Assembly: GCA_002382525.1 (NCBI GenBank)
Contig: DFYA01000056.1
Span: forward strand, 1-37,674
Origin: Opitutaceae bacterium UBA4094
GTDB taxonomy: Bacteria; Verrucomicrobiota; Verrucomicrobiia; Opitutales; Opitutaceae
Direction: 5' to 3'
DNA: 37,674 bases
The notes under the pieces are model-generated. The model saw only the letters and a list, made by a program, of their open reading frames with translations. It had not been told where the DNA came from and ran no database searches. Each line of letters begins with the position of its first letter. The first letter of the stretch is position 1. Position numbers and translations under genes: made by a program. Positions 26,964 through 34,735 of the stretch are shown piece after piece.

Positions 26964-28253
26964 ATGCGCACACTCCTCCTTGGGTTCGCTTCCGCGCTTG
27001 TCGCCCTCTCGTCGTCGCTGTCTGCCTCCCCCGTTCCCGTCCGCGTGGTCGACGAAGGCGGCGGCCGCTACTCGCTGATCCGACACGGTCGCCCCTACCA
27101 AATCCGCGGGGGCGGAGGTGACACGCACCTCGAACTCGCCCGCGAGCTGGGAGCAACGACCATTCGCACGTGGGGAATCCGACAACTGGAAAAAGAAGAA
27201 GCGGGGCGGCCGCTGCTGGATCGTTGCGAGGCGATCGGCCTTACCGTCATGGCCGGCATCTGGGTGCAACACGAACGCCATGGATTCGATTACGACGATC
27301 CGGTTCAAGTGCACCGGCAGCGCGAGTCGATCCGGGCCTCCGTCCGCAAATACAAGGACCACCCGGCGCTCTTGCTCTGGGGTCTCGGCAACGAAATGGA
27401 AAACCCGGCGACCGACGGCACGGATCCTCGCATCTGGAAAGAACTCGAAGTCCTCGCACAAATCGTCCGCGACGAAGATCCCCATCACCCCGTAGCCACG
27501 GTGATCGCCGGAGCGGGCGGCGCCAAAGTTCGCGCCCTCGCCGCCCACTTCCCATCGCTGGAACTGCTGGGCGTGAACTCCTACGCCACCGCTCGCGACG
27601 TCGCAAAAGAACTCCGTGAGGCCGGCTGGGCAAAACCCTTTCTCCTCACCGAATTCGGCCCCCCCGGCCATTGGGAAGTCCCCTCCACCGCTTGGGGCGC
27701 TCCCATCGAACCGCCCGGCACGGCCAAAGCAGACGCCTACCAAAACACCCACGCCACGATTCTGCAGGACGGCGCCGGCCGCTGCCTCGGCACCTTCGCT
27801 TTTATCTGGGGCCATAAACAAGAAACAACCTCCACATGGTATGGCATGTTCCTGCCCGGAGGTGAAAAACTCCCCGCTGTTGATGCGATGAGCCATGCAT
27901 GGACGGGCCGCTGGCCAAAGAACCGCAGTCCGCAGATCACCCGCCTCGACGCCTCGTTCAGCCATAAGGCCGTCGCACCCGAGACTCGGGTCGCCGTCAC
28001 CGTTTCCGCCAAAGACTTCGAAGACGATCCCTTGAGCTACGAATGGCAGATCGTCGAAGAAAGCAGCGACCGCAGAATCGGTGGCGACGCAGAGGCCACT
28101 CCGCGAAGTGTCTCTGATTGCCTCATCGAGTCCGACGGGGCCCACCTACAAATGCGCACTCCATCGAACCCGGGCGCTTATCGGGTCTTCTGCATCGTGC
28201 GAGACTCCAAGGGTGGAGCCGACGCCGCCAACTTCCCTTTCTTCGTCAAATAG
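26964..28253 (+). CDS. Secreted clan GH-A TIM-barrel glycoside hydrolase (GH2/GH158-like) with C-terminal Ig-like domain
   Basis: Signal peptide from ATG 26964; GATTIRTWG, HERHGFDY, YKDHPALLLWGLGNEME (acid/base), PFLLTEFGPPGHWE (nucleophile), WGHKQETTSTWYGMF. Confidence 0.8.
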   Translation: MRTLLLGFASALVALSSSLSASPVPVRVVDEGGGRYSLIRHGRPYQIRGGGGDTHLELARELGATTIRTWGIRQLEKEEAGRPLLDRCEAIGLTVMAGIWVQHERHGFDYDDPVQVHRQRESIRASVRKYKDHPALLLWGLGNEMENPATDGTDPRIWKELEVLAQIVRDEDPHHPVATVIAGAGGAKVRALAAHFPSLELLGVNSYATARDVAKELREAGWAKPFLLTEFGPPGHWEVPSTAWGAPIEPPGTAKADAYQNTHATILQDGAGRCLGTFAFIWGHKQETTSTWYGMFLPGGEKLPAVDAMSHAWTGRWPKNRSPQITRLDASFSHKAVAPETRVAVTVSAKDFEDDPLSYEWQIVEESSDRRIGGDAEATPRSVSDCLIESDGAHLQMRTPSNPGAYRVFCIVRDSKGGADAANFPFFVK

Positions 28254-28384
28254 CCGCTTCGGATCGGGTGGCGGGCGCGACCAGTCTCGACGCAATTCGA
28301 TGCCGAGACGGAGATGAACCGAACGAACACCGCCGACTTGCGCCCGGCGCGGCGCTAAGGCACGGTCACCGACTCTCTCCGACC

Positions 28385-29200
28385 ATGCTTCCACTCACCG
28401 ATCGCACCTGGCTCTGGTTTGCCGCCGCGTGTTACCTCGCGGGCTTCGCGCTCGGGACCATCGCCGTCATCCGCGAACGCAAACTCTCGCGCGCCGTGAT
28501 GTATGCGATCATCTCCGCCGGCTTTGTCCTGCAAACCCTCGGCCTCTACGTGCGCGGCCTCGAAGTCAAAGGCTGTCCTCTCGGCAACACCTTCGAACTT
28601 TTCCAGTTCCTCGCCTGGTCCGCCATCGCCCTCTACCTCGTCATCGGCGCGACGTTCCGCCTCAGCCTCCTGGGTTACTTCACCTCCGTTCTCGCTACCG
28701 CGCTGACCGTCGTCTCGCTCGCGTTCCCGTCTTGGGATCCGCCCACGCGAGCCAGTATCTTCGGCGGCAATGCGTGGATCGAGTTCCATGCCGCCCTCGC
28801 GCTTTTTAGCTACGGCGTCTTCGCGCTGCTCACGCTCACCTCGCTCATGTATGTGCTCCAGGTCTTCAGCCTGAAACGCCAGCACCTGCACGGCTTGTTC
28901 TCGTTTCTTCCCTCCATCCGCGAACTCGACCAGATCAGCCTGCGCCTGCTCGCCGCCGGCGTGATCCTGCTCACCGCGTCTCTAGGCGTCGGCGCGGTTT
29001 ACTGGCTCGACGACATCGGCGCGGTCAACGCGTCCAAGCTCGCCGTCACCGTCGCCGTGTGGGCCGCCTACGCCGTCGTGCTCGTCCTCCGTCTGCGCAG
29101 CGTGCTCGTCGGCCAGCGACTCGCCGGCTGGCTGCTCGCGCTCTTCGTTATTGTCCTTCTCACGCTGCCCTTGGTCAGCGGCGCCGACTACGCCCGATGA
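28385..29200 (+). CDS. Cytochrome c assembly CcsA/HemX-like membrane protein
   Basis: About 8 hydrophobic helices, CPLGNTFE, WIEFHAALALFSY, LPSIRELD; coupled to hemA by ATGA overlap; start ATG 28385. Confidence 0.85.
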   Translation: MLPLTDRTWLWFAAACYLAGFALGTIAVIRERKLSRAVMYAIISAGFVLQTLGLYVRGLEVKGCPLGNTFELFQFLAWSAIALYLVIGATFRLSLLGYFTSVLATALTVVSLAFPSWDPPTRASIFGGNAWIEFHAALALFSYGVFALLTLTSLMYVLQVFSLKRQHLHGLFSFLPSIRELDQISLRLLAAGVILLTASLGVGAVYWLDDIGAVNASKLAVTVAVWAAYAVVLVLRLRSVLVGQRLAGWLLALFVIVLLTLPLVSGADYAR

Positions 29201-30234
29201 GTTCGCCCGTGCTTTTTCTGCTGGGCGCGAGCCATCACACCACGCCGCTCGAACTGCGCGAGAAACTCGCGCTCACCGCCGAGCGCCTGCCCGCCTTCCA
29301 CGCCGCCGCCACCGCTCTCCCTGGCTTGCGCGAACTCGCGGTGCTCAACACGTGCAATCGCGTTGAATTCTACGGCGTCGCCGATTCGCCCGAAATCGTG
29401 CGTCAGCTCCGCGAAACGTTCTGCGCGCTCCAAGGCTTCCCCGCCGACGCCTACGCCGCCATCTGTCACGAGACCACCGGGCTTGCCGCGATCAAGCACC
29501 TGCTCTCCGTTGCCTCCGGACTCGACTCGCAGATGCTCGGCGAAACTGAAATCCTCGGCCAAGTGAAAGACGCCTATGCCAACGCGCAGACCCGCCGCTC
29601 CGCCGGCCCCGTGCTGAACCGGGTGTTTCAAAAAACGTTTCAACACGCCAAATACGTCCGTTCACACACCGCGATTAACGAAGGTCACATCAGCGTCGCC
29701 AACGTAGCGGTCGATCTCGCGCTCAAGATTTTCGGCGACCTCGCCTCCACGCGCATCCTGCTCCTCGGCGCCGGAGAGATCGGCGAAAAAACCGCCAAAG
29801 CCTTCCAGAGCCGCGGTGCGGGTTCGCTCACCGTCGCGAGCCGCACGCTGGGTCGCGCGATGGAACTCGCCACCACGCTCAATGCCACCGCGCTCCCGTG
29901 GGAGCACGTCGCTTCGCACCTCGCGAACTACTCGATCGTGGTCGGCTCAACGGCGGCGCCCGACGTGGTCGTCACGCTCGCCGACACCGCCGCTGCGATG
30001 AAAACCCGTCGCGCGGATCCCCTCTTCTTCATCGACCTCGCGTTGCCCCGCGACATCGACCCCGCCGTGGCGAAGTTGGAAAACGTGTTTCTCTACAACC
30101 TCGACGACCTCGCGAAGATCGCCGAAGAGAACCGCGCCGCCCGCGCCGCCGCCGTGGTGCACGCTCACGCCTTGATCGTTGAGCGCGCCAACGCGCTCTG
30201 GAAGCAGATCGAGCCACAAGCCGGCGGAGCGTAA
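29197..30234 (+). CDS. hemA: Glutamyl-tRNA reductase (short form)
   Basis: GASHHTTPLELREKL, NTCNRVEFY, VASGLDSQMLGETEILGQVKDAY, LLGAGEIG, IDLALPRDIDP, LYNLDDL. Confidence 0.97.
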   Translation: MSSPVLFLLGASHHTTPLELREKLALTAERLPAFHAAATALPGLRELAVLNTCNRVEFYGVADSPEIVRQLRETFCALQGFPADAYAAICHETTGLAAIKHLLSVASGLDSQMLGETEILGQVKDAYANAQTRRSAGPVLNRVFQKTFQHAKYVRSHTAINEGHISVANVAVDLALKIFGDLASTRILLLGAGEIGEKTAKAFQSRGAGSLTVASRTLGRAMELATTLNATALPWEHVASHLANYSIVVGSTAAPDVVVTLADTAAAMKTRRADPLFFIDLALPRDIDPAVAKLENVFLYNLDDLAKIAEENRAARAAAVVHAHALIVERANALWKQIEPQAGGA

Positions 30235-30237
30235 AAA

Positions 30238-30263
30238 GTAGAAGCGGCGTCCCGCCGCTTTTT
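30238..30263 (+). terminator. GTAG-prefixed hairpin with T-tract directly after hemA (REP-like element / intrinsic terminator)
   Basis: GTAG-AAGCGGCG-TCC-CGCCGCTT-TTT. Confidence 0.65.
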
Positions 30264-30302
30264 CCGGTTCGGACTCCAAACAGCGCCACCCCGCTGCCAA
30301 AC

Positions 30303-30377
30303 CTCTTTCTCTTTCCTCTTTATCTTAATCTTTCTCTCACCGAACTCCTGACGAAAAAAAAGAGGGAAGAGAAAGAG
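30303..30377. repeat. Pyrimidine-arm / purine-arm inverted repeat with 6-nt periodicity
   Basis: CTCTTTCTCTTTCCTCTTT (30303-30321) pairs with AAAGAGGGAAGAGAAAGAG (30359-30377) with one G-U pair. Confidence 0.75.
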
Positions 30378-30413
30378 AACGAGGGTGAGAAAGCCGCGAC
30401 CAACGGTCGGGGC

Positions 30414-31556
30414 CTACATCCGCCGCAGCACCCAGTCCGCCACCGTTCCGCCCGCCGGACGCGTCAGCAACCCGCGCAACTTGTCCGCTTGTCCCTGCGT
30501 CTCGATCACGCGCCCGATGTTGCGCAAACAATCCGTCAACTCAGCGGCCAACGCCTGCGGTGTCGCCGCACCTTGGATGTATTCCGGATACATCGGCTCT
30601 TTCAGCAGCAAGTTCGCTATACCGAGATACGGCACCTTCACCAGCATGCGGCCGAGCACATACGTGAGCGGGTTCGCCCGATACACCACCGCCCCGGGAA
30701 TCGCCGCAAGCGCGCAGTGCATCGACATCGTGCCACTCGACGTGAGCACCGCCGACGCCGCCACCTGGTCCCCGCCCGTAGGCAACAGTTTCACATTTGC
30801 CGGCGGCTTCGCCGCGAGCAGCACGTCTTTGATCAATTCGCTCGGATACAACACGACCGCCTCGCGTTTCCCATAGGCCGCATGCCCCGCGAGCAACAGC
30901 GGAAAAATCCGCCCCACCGCCTGCTTGCGGCTGCCCGGCAACAACAGGATCGGCGCCGACGGATCGTAACGCACCGGCGCGTCATGCGCGTCGTCCAAGA
31001 ACGGATGTCCGACAAACTCCACAGGCAGGTCGGTGTCCGCGTAACACTCCACCTCAAACGGAAAAATCACCGCAACCGCATCGAGATCCCGCGCCATCGT
31101 AAACCGACGCTTCGCCTTCCACGCCCAAATCTGCGGAGAGATGTAGAACAGCGTCTTGATCGTTCCCCCTCCCTTCACCGACAGCCCGCGTTCACGCAGC
31201 GCTTTCGCCAAGCGCAGGTTAAACCCCGGATAATCAATAAAACAGATCGCCCGCGGTTTGTGCTCCGCAATCCAGCGAAGCGTCTCGTCGAACAGCGCCT
31301 TAAAGAACGGATAATTTTTGAACACCTCGACGAAGCCCACCACCGATGACGCGGTCATGTCATGGAGCACCTGCGCTCCGGCCTTGGCGAGTTCGGGTCC
31401 GCCTAGTGCGACGACCGAAAGCCCCGGACGTTTTGCGCGCAGCTCGCGCACCATCGTCGCCGCGTGTTGATCGCCGGAATGCTCCCCCGCGATCACCAGC
31501 AAATCCACACGCCCGGCGGCGGGGGGCGAGAGGTGAAATGCGTCTACAGGATTCAT
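30414..31556 (-). CDS. lpxB: Lipid-A-disaccharide synthase
   Basis: IAGEHSGD, IDYPGFNLRLA, YISPQIWAWK, IFPFE, FVGHP, LLPGSR, SGTMS, IANLL. Confidence 0.97.
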   Translation of the reverse strand: MNPVDAFHLSPPAAGRVDLLVIAGEHSGDQHAATMVRELRAKRPGLSVVALGGPELAKAGAQVLHDMTASSVVGFVEVFKNYPFFKALFDETLRWIAEHKPRAICFIDYPGFNLRLAKALRERGLSVKGGGTIKTLFYISPQIWAWKAKRRFTMARDLDAVAVIFPFEVECYADTDLPVEFVGHPFLDDAHDAPVRYDPSAPILLLPGSRKQAVGRIFPLLLAGHAAYGKREAVVLYPSELIKDVLLAAKPPANVKLLPTGGDQVAASAVLTSSGTMSMHCALAAIPGAVVYRANPLTYVLGRMLVKVPYLGIANLLLKEPMYPEYIQGAATPQALAAELTDCLRNIGRVIETQGQADKLRGLLTRPAGGTVADWVLRRM

Positions 31557-31581
31557 CGGGGAGGCGAAACAGACCGTTCGG

Positions 31582-32580
31582 TCACTTCTGCGCGGCCTTA
31601 ATTTGATCGGTGATGCGAATCGCCACTTCGAGCGCGGTCATGCCCAACGTTGCGCCGACCTTCGGCTGCGTGCGTTCCCTCACGCTGTCCACAAAGTGCG
31701 CGAGCTCCAGCTTCAGCGGCTCGTCTTTCTCGATTGGGATATCCTGCACCGGAATCGAACTCGCGTCGCCCGCCTTCGCCAGACCAACCTTCAACTTCAC
31801 GCCATAGGCGATGAGATCGCTCTTCTTCACCAGATGCCCCTTCTGGTTCATGAAGTCGAGCGACAGGTAGGCGTTGTCCTGGAAGATACGGATCTCGCGG
31901 TTCTTTTTCAGGCTCATGCGGCTCGCGCTGAGATTCGCCACGCAACCGCTTTCAAATTCGATGCGCGCATTGGCGATATCCTCGGTCTTCGAAAGCACGT
32001 GGATACCCACGCTGTCGATCTTGCGGATTGGCGACTTCGCGAGCGCGAGCACGATGCCGATGTCATGTATCATTAGATCCAATACAACACCGACTTCGGT
32101 CCCGCGCGGCGTATAGGGGGCGAGACGCTCGGCCGTCATGTAACCGGGGCGGTCGATGTGTTTCTCCATGAAACTCATCACCGGATTGAAGTGCTCGATG
32201 TGTCCGACCTGCACGATGCAGCCGTTGGCCTGCGCGGCGGCGAGCACGCGCTCGGCTTCGGCCAGTGTCGCAGTGATCGGCTTCTCGATCAGCAGGTGAC
32301 ACTTCTGCGCGAGCAGCGGCAGCGCGACGAGTTCGTGTTTGTCGGTGGGGACGACCACGGACACCGCTTCGCAGGCAGCGCCGAGTTCCTCGATGGTCGC
32401 GTAGCGGCGGCAATTATGCCGTTCGCAGATTTCCTTGGCGCGTTCGTCACTCGCCTCGTAGATGCCCATGAACTCGACGTTGGGCAGCGACGCATAGATG
32501 CGCGCGTGGTGTTGTCCGAGCGAACCGACACCGGCGACACCGCACTTGATCTTGGGCTTGGAGGAAGAGAAGAGGCTCAT
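31582..32580 (-). CDS. Gfo/Idh/MocA oxidoreductase, GnnA-like
   Basis: GVAGVGSLGQHHARIY, LIEKPI, VGHIEHFNP, VVLDLMIHDI, DIANARIEF..GCVANLSASR; start ATG 32580. Confidence 0.9.
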   Translation of the reverse strand: MSLFSSSKPKIKCGVAGVGSLGQHHARIYASLPNVEFMGIYEASDERAKEICERHNCRRYATIEELGAACEAVSVVVPTDKHELVALPLLAQKCHLLIEKPITATLAEAERVLAAAQANGCIVQVGHIEHFNPVMSFMEKHIDRPGYMTAERLAPYTPRGTEVGVVLDLMIHDIGIVLALAKSPIRKIDSVGIHVLSKTEDIANARIEFESGCVANLSASRMSLKKNREIRIFQDNAYLSLDFMNQKGHLVKKSDLIAYGVKLKVGLAKAGDASSIPVQDIPIEKDEPLKLELAHFVDSVRERTQPKVGATLGMTALEVAIRITDQIKAAQK

Positions 32581-32601
32581 GAAGAAGGGGAATAAAATCC
32601 A

Positions 32602-32688
32602 ACCACAGATCACACGGATGGGCACAGATGTCGGAAGTGACGAACGATGACCGGAGTTTTATCTGTGTTCATCTGTGTGATCTGTGGT
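32602..32688. repeat. Intergenic 28-bp inverted repeat built from three CACAGAT-like heptamers per arm
   Basis: ACCACAGATCACACGGATGGGCACAGAT ... ATCTGTGTTCATCTGTGTGATCTGTGGT; three mismatches, all G-U compatible. Confidence 0.85.
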
Positions 32689-32700
32689 CTAAGGCTCAGC

Positions 32701-33423
32701 TCATTGCAGCAGGCCGTCGCGCATAAACACCGAGCGTCCGGCGCGGGTCGCGTGGGCGGCGTTGTGGGTCACGAGCACCAGCGCGATCTGCTGTTCGGCG
32801 CAAAGGCCCAGCAACAGATCGATGATCGAGTCGCCCGTCTTCTCATCGAGGTTGCCCGTCGGCTCGTCGGCGAGGATCAAGCGTGGCGAGTTCATCAAGG
32901 CGCGCGCCACGGCCACGCGCTGACGCTCGCCGCCTGAAAGCTGAGAGGGCAAGTGGTGCTCACGTTCGGCCAAGCCTACTCGCGCGAGCAGGTCTTTCGC
33001 TCGCTGCTTTTCGGTGGCGCCAACTTTTCCCGCTACGCGCGCCGCCATGAGCACGTTGCCCAACGCGTCGAGCTCAGGGATCAGGTAAAACGACTGAAAC
33101 ACCATGCCGAGAAAGCGCGCGCGTCGGCCCGCGCCGGTGTCGAGCGATCCTTCCCATTTCACCGTTCCCGTGTCCGGCGCATCGAGGCCGGCGAGCAGGT
33201 GGAGCAATGTGGATTTGCCCGAGCCCGATTCGCCGCGGATGGACACGCTCTCGCCCTCGTGAACGGAGATGCTCACGCCGTGCAGCACCTCGAGCCGGCG
33301 CTCGCCGCTGAGGTAGGTTTTATGCACGTCGGACGCTTCAAGGATCAGTCGGTAGCGCAGGCTTCCAGCCTGCTGCTCGACTTCGGATGCAGGCTGGAAG
33401 CCTGCGCTACTTGGCTTACTCAT
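32701..33423 (-). CDS. lolD: Lipoprotein-releasing ABC transporter ATP-binding protein
   Basis: Walker A GESGSGKST, LSGGERQRVAVARAL, ILADEPTGNLD, LVTHN; directly downstream of lolC/E. Confidence 0.9.
   Translation of the reverse strand: MSKPSSAGFQPASEVEQQAGSLRYRLILEASDVHKTYLSGERRLEVLHGVSISVHEGESVSIRGESGSGKSTLLHLLAGLDAPDTGTVKWEGSLDTGAGRRARFLGMVFQSFYLIPELDALGNVLMAARVAGKVGATEKQRAKDLLARVGLAEREHHLPSQLSGGERQRVAVARALMNSPRLILADEPTGNLDEKTGDSIIDLLLGLCAEQQIALVLVTHNAAHATRAGRSVFMRDGLLQ
33352..33410. repeat. Inverted pair of GTAG-type REP sequences (REPIN-like) inside the lolD reading frame
   Basis: GTAGCGCAGGCTTCCAGCCTGC (33352-33373) and its perfect reverse complement (33389-33410), 15-nt spacer. Confidence 0.85.
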
Positions 33424-34651
33424 TTCGCAGGGCCTCCACAGGTTTGAGACGCGACGCGCGCCAGGCAGGGAAGATGCCCGCGAGCGTCGAGATCACGATG
33501 GTGCCGACAACGATCAGAACCAGGTCCGCGCGTTCCATGTGCGCCGGCACGTTGCTGAATTGATAAAACCGCTCCAGCGCCTCTTGGCTGCCGGTGAGTT
33601 TCGTGAAGAGAAGCAGGATCTCGTTGCGCAGCGCGAGGAAGCCAAAGCCGAGACAGAGCCCGGTCGCGGTGCCAATCAGGCCAATCAGAAAACCTTGCAC
33701 GCAAAAACACGCGGCGATCTGGCGCGAACTTCCGCCAAGCGCGCCGAGAAGGCCGATCTCGCGTGTCTTCCTGACGACCGTCGTGAGTAGCGAACTCATG
33801 ATCGAGAAAGACGCCACGAGAATGATGAAAAGCAGTAGAATCGAAACGAGGTTCTTCTCCATCTGCAGCACGAAGAGAAACTCCGTGTTGGCTTCCAACC
33901 AAGAGCGGGCGCGCGATTCGGGCTCGTCGGGCAACGCGGCGTTAATGCGCGTGGCCATCTGATCGGCGTCGAGCTTTTCCGAGATCCTCACATTCAGCCC
34001 GTGCACCGCGTCGCCGAGGCCGTAGAGGTCCTGCATCCGGCGCAACGTCACGAGCACCGTGTTGCTGTCGAGTTGTTGGTGTCCGATCTCGAAGAGGCCG
34101 ACGATGGTCAACTCGCGCGGGAGGAACACTTCGTCGTTTTTAAGACGCTCGATGAGCAGCGGGGACGAGATCGTGACCTTGCCGCCGAGGTGAGCGCCGA
34201 GCGAATACGCGAGCTGCGTGCTCAGGATCACGGTGTCGTCGTCGAGTTCGTCGAGTGAACCGACGCGTATAAAGCGATTGAGCGGGATGACGTCGTTCAC
34301 GCGGTTGACGTCCACGCCTTGGATGATCGGGAACGCTGGTTTACGTCCGTATTCCAGCATGCCCACGCCTTCGGCAAAGGGCGTCACGCCGAGGACGCCG
34401 GGGACTTTGGAAACCGTTTCGATGAGCGGCTCGGCTTGGTCGATCAACCCGCGGGCGCGAATCTGCACGTCGCCCTGCGTGTCGATGATCATACGGCGGA
34501 TCTCGTAGCCGAAGCCGCCCATGACGCTGTTGGTCACGATAAGCGTCGCCACGCCGAGCGCCACGCCGAGGATGGAGATCGCCGTGAAAAACGACAGCCG
34601 CTTCCCGGTCGGGAAGAGCTGCTTCAGGGCGAGATATAAATACCAGGGCAT
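33416..34651 (-). CDS. Lipoprotein-releasing ABC transporter permease, LolC/E family
   Basis: ISILGVALGVATLIVTNSVMGGF, VVRKTREIGLLGALG, LAGIFPAWRASRLKPVEALR. Confidence 0.92.
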   Translation of the reverse strand: MPWYLYLALKQLFPTGKRLSFFTAISILGVALGVATLIVTNSVMGGFGYEIRRMIIDTQGDVQIRARGLIDQAEPLIETVSKVPGVLGVTPFAEGVGMLEYGRKPAFPIIQGVDVNRVNDVIPLNRFIRVGSLDELDDDTVILSTQLAYSLGAHLGGKVTISSPLLIERLKNDEVFLPRELTIVGLFEIGHQQLDSNTVLVTLRRMQDLYGLGDAVHGLNVRISEKLDADQMATRINAALPDEPESRARSWLEANTEFLFVLQMEKNLVSILLLFIILVASFSIMSSLLTTVVRKTREIGLLGALGGSSRQIAACFCVQGFLIGLIGTATGLCLGFGFLALRNEILLLFTKLTGSQEALERFYQFSNVPAHMERADLVLIVVGTIVISTLAGIFPAWRASRLKPVEALRNE

Positions 34652-34657
34652 AGAATT

Positions 34658-34730
34658 AACCGCGAAGGTCGCGAAGAGGCGCGAAGGAAACAGAAGATCG
34701 GCTTCGCGTCACTTCGCGTTCTTCGCGGTT
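34658..34730. repeat. Intergenic 29-bp inverted repeat built from three CGCGAAG heptamers per arm
   Basis: AACCGCGAAGGTCGCGAAGAGGCGCGAAG ... CTTCGCGTCACTTCGCGTTCTTCGCGGTT. Confidence 0.85.
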
Positions 34731-34735
34731 GAACA

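Noticed and set aside
24685-27156. 823-aa minus-strand ORF (and 26949-28145)
   Set aside because: Antisense to clear DUF4380-like, GH3 and GH-A genes.
28254-28384. Possible island boundary, tRNA or att site between the glycan locus and core genes
   Set aside because: No tRNA fold, direct repeat or integrase seen; only a weak GTCTCG/CGAGAC hairpin.
32701-34651. ABC transporter as the sugar importer for the locus
   Set aside because: Motifs and lysS context identify LolD and LolC/E lipoprotein trafficking, not an importer.
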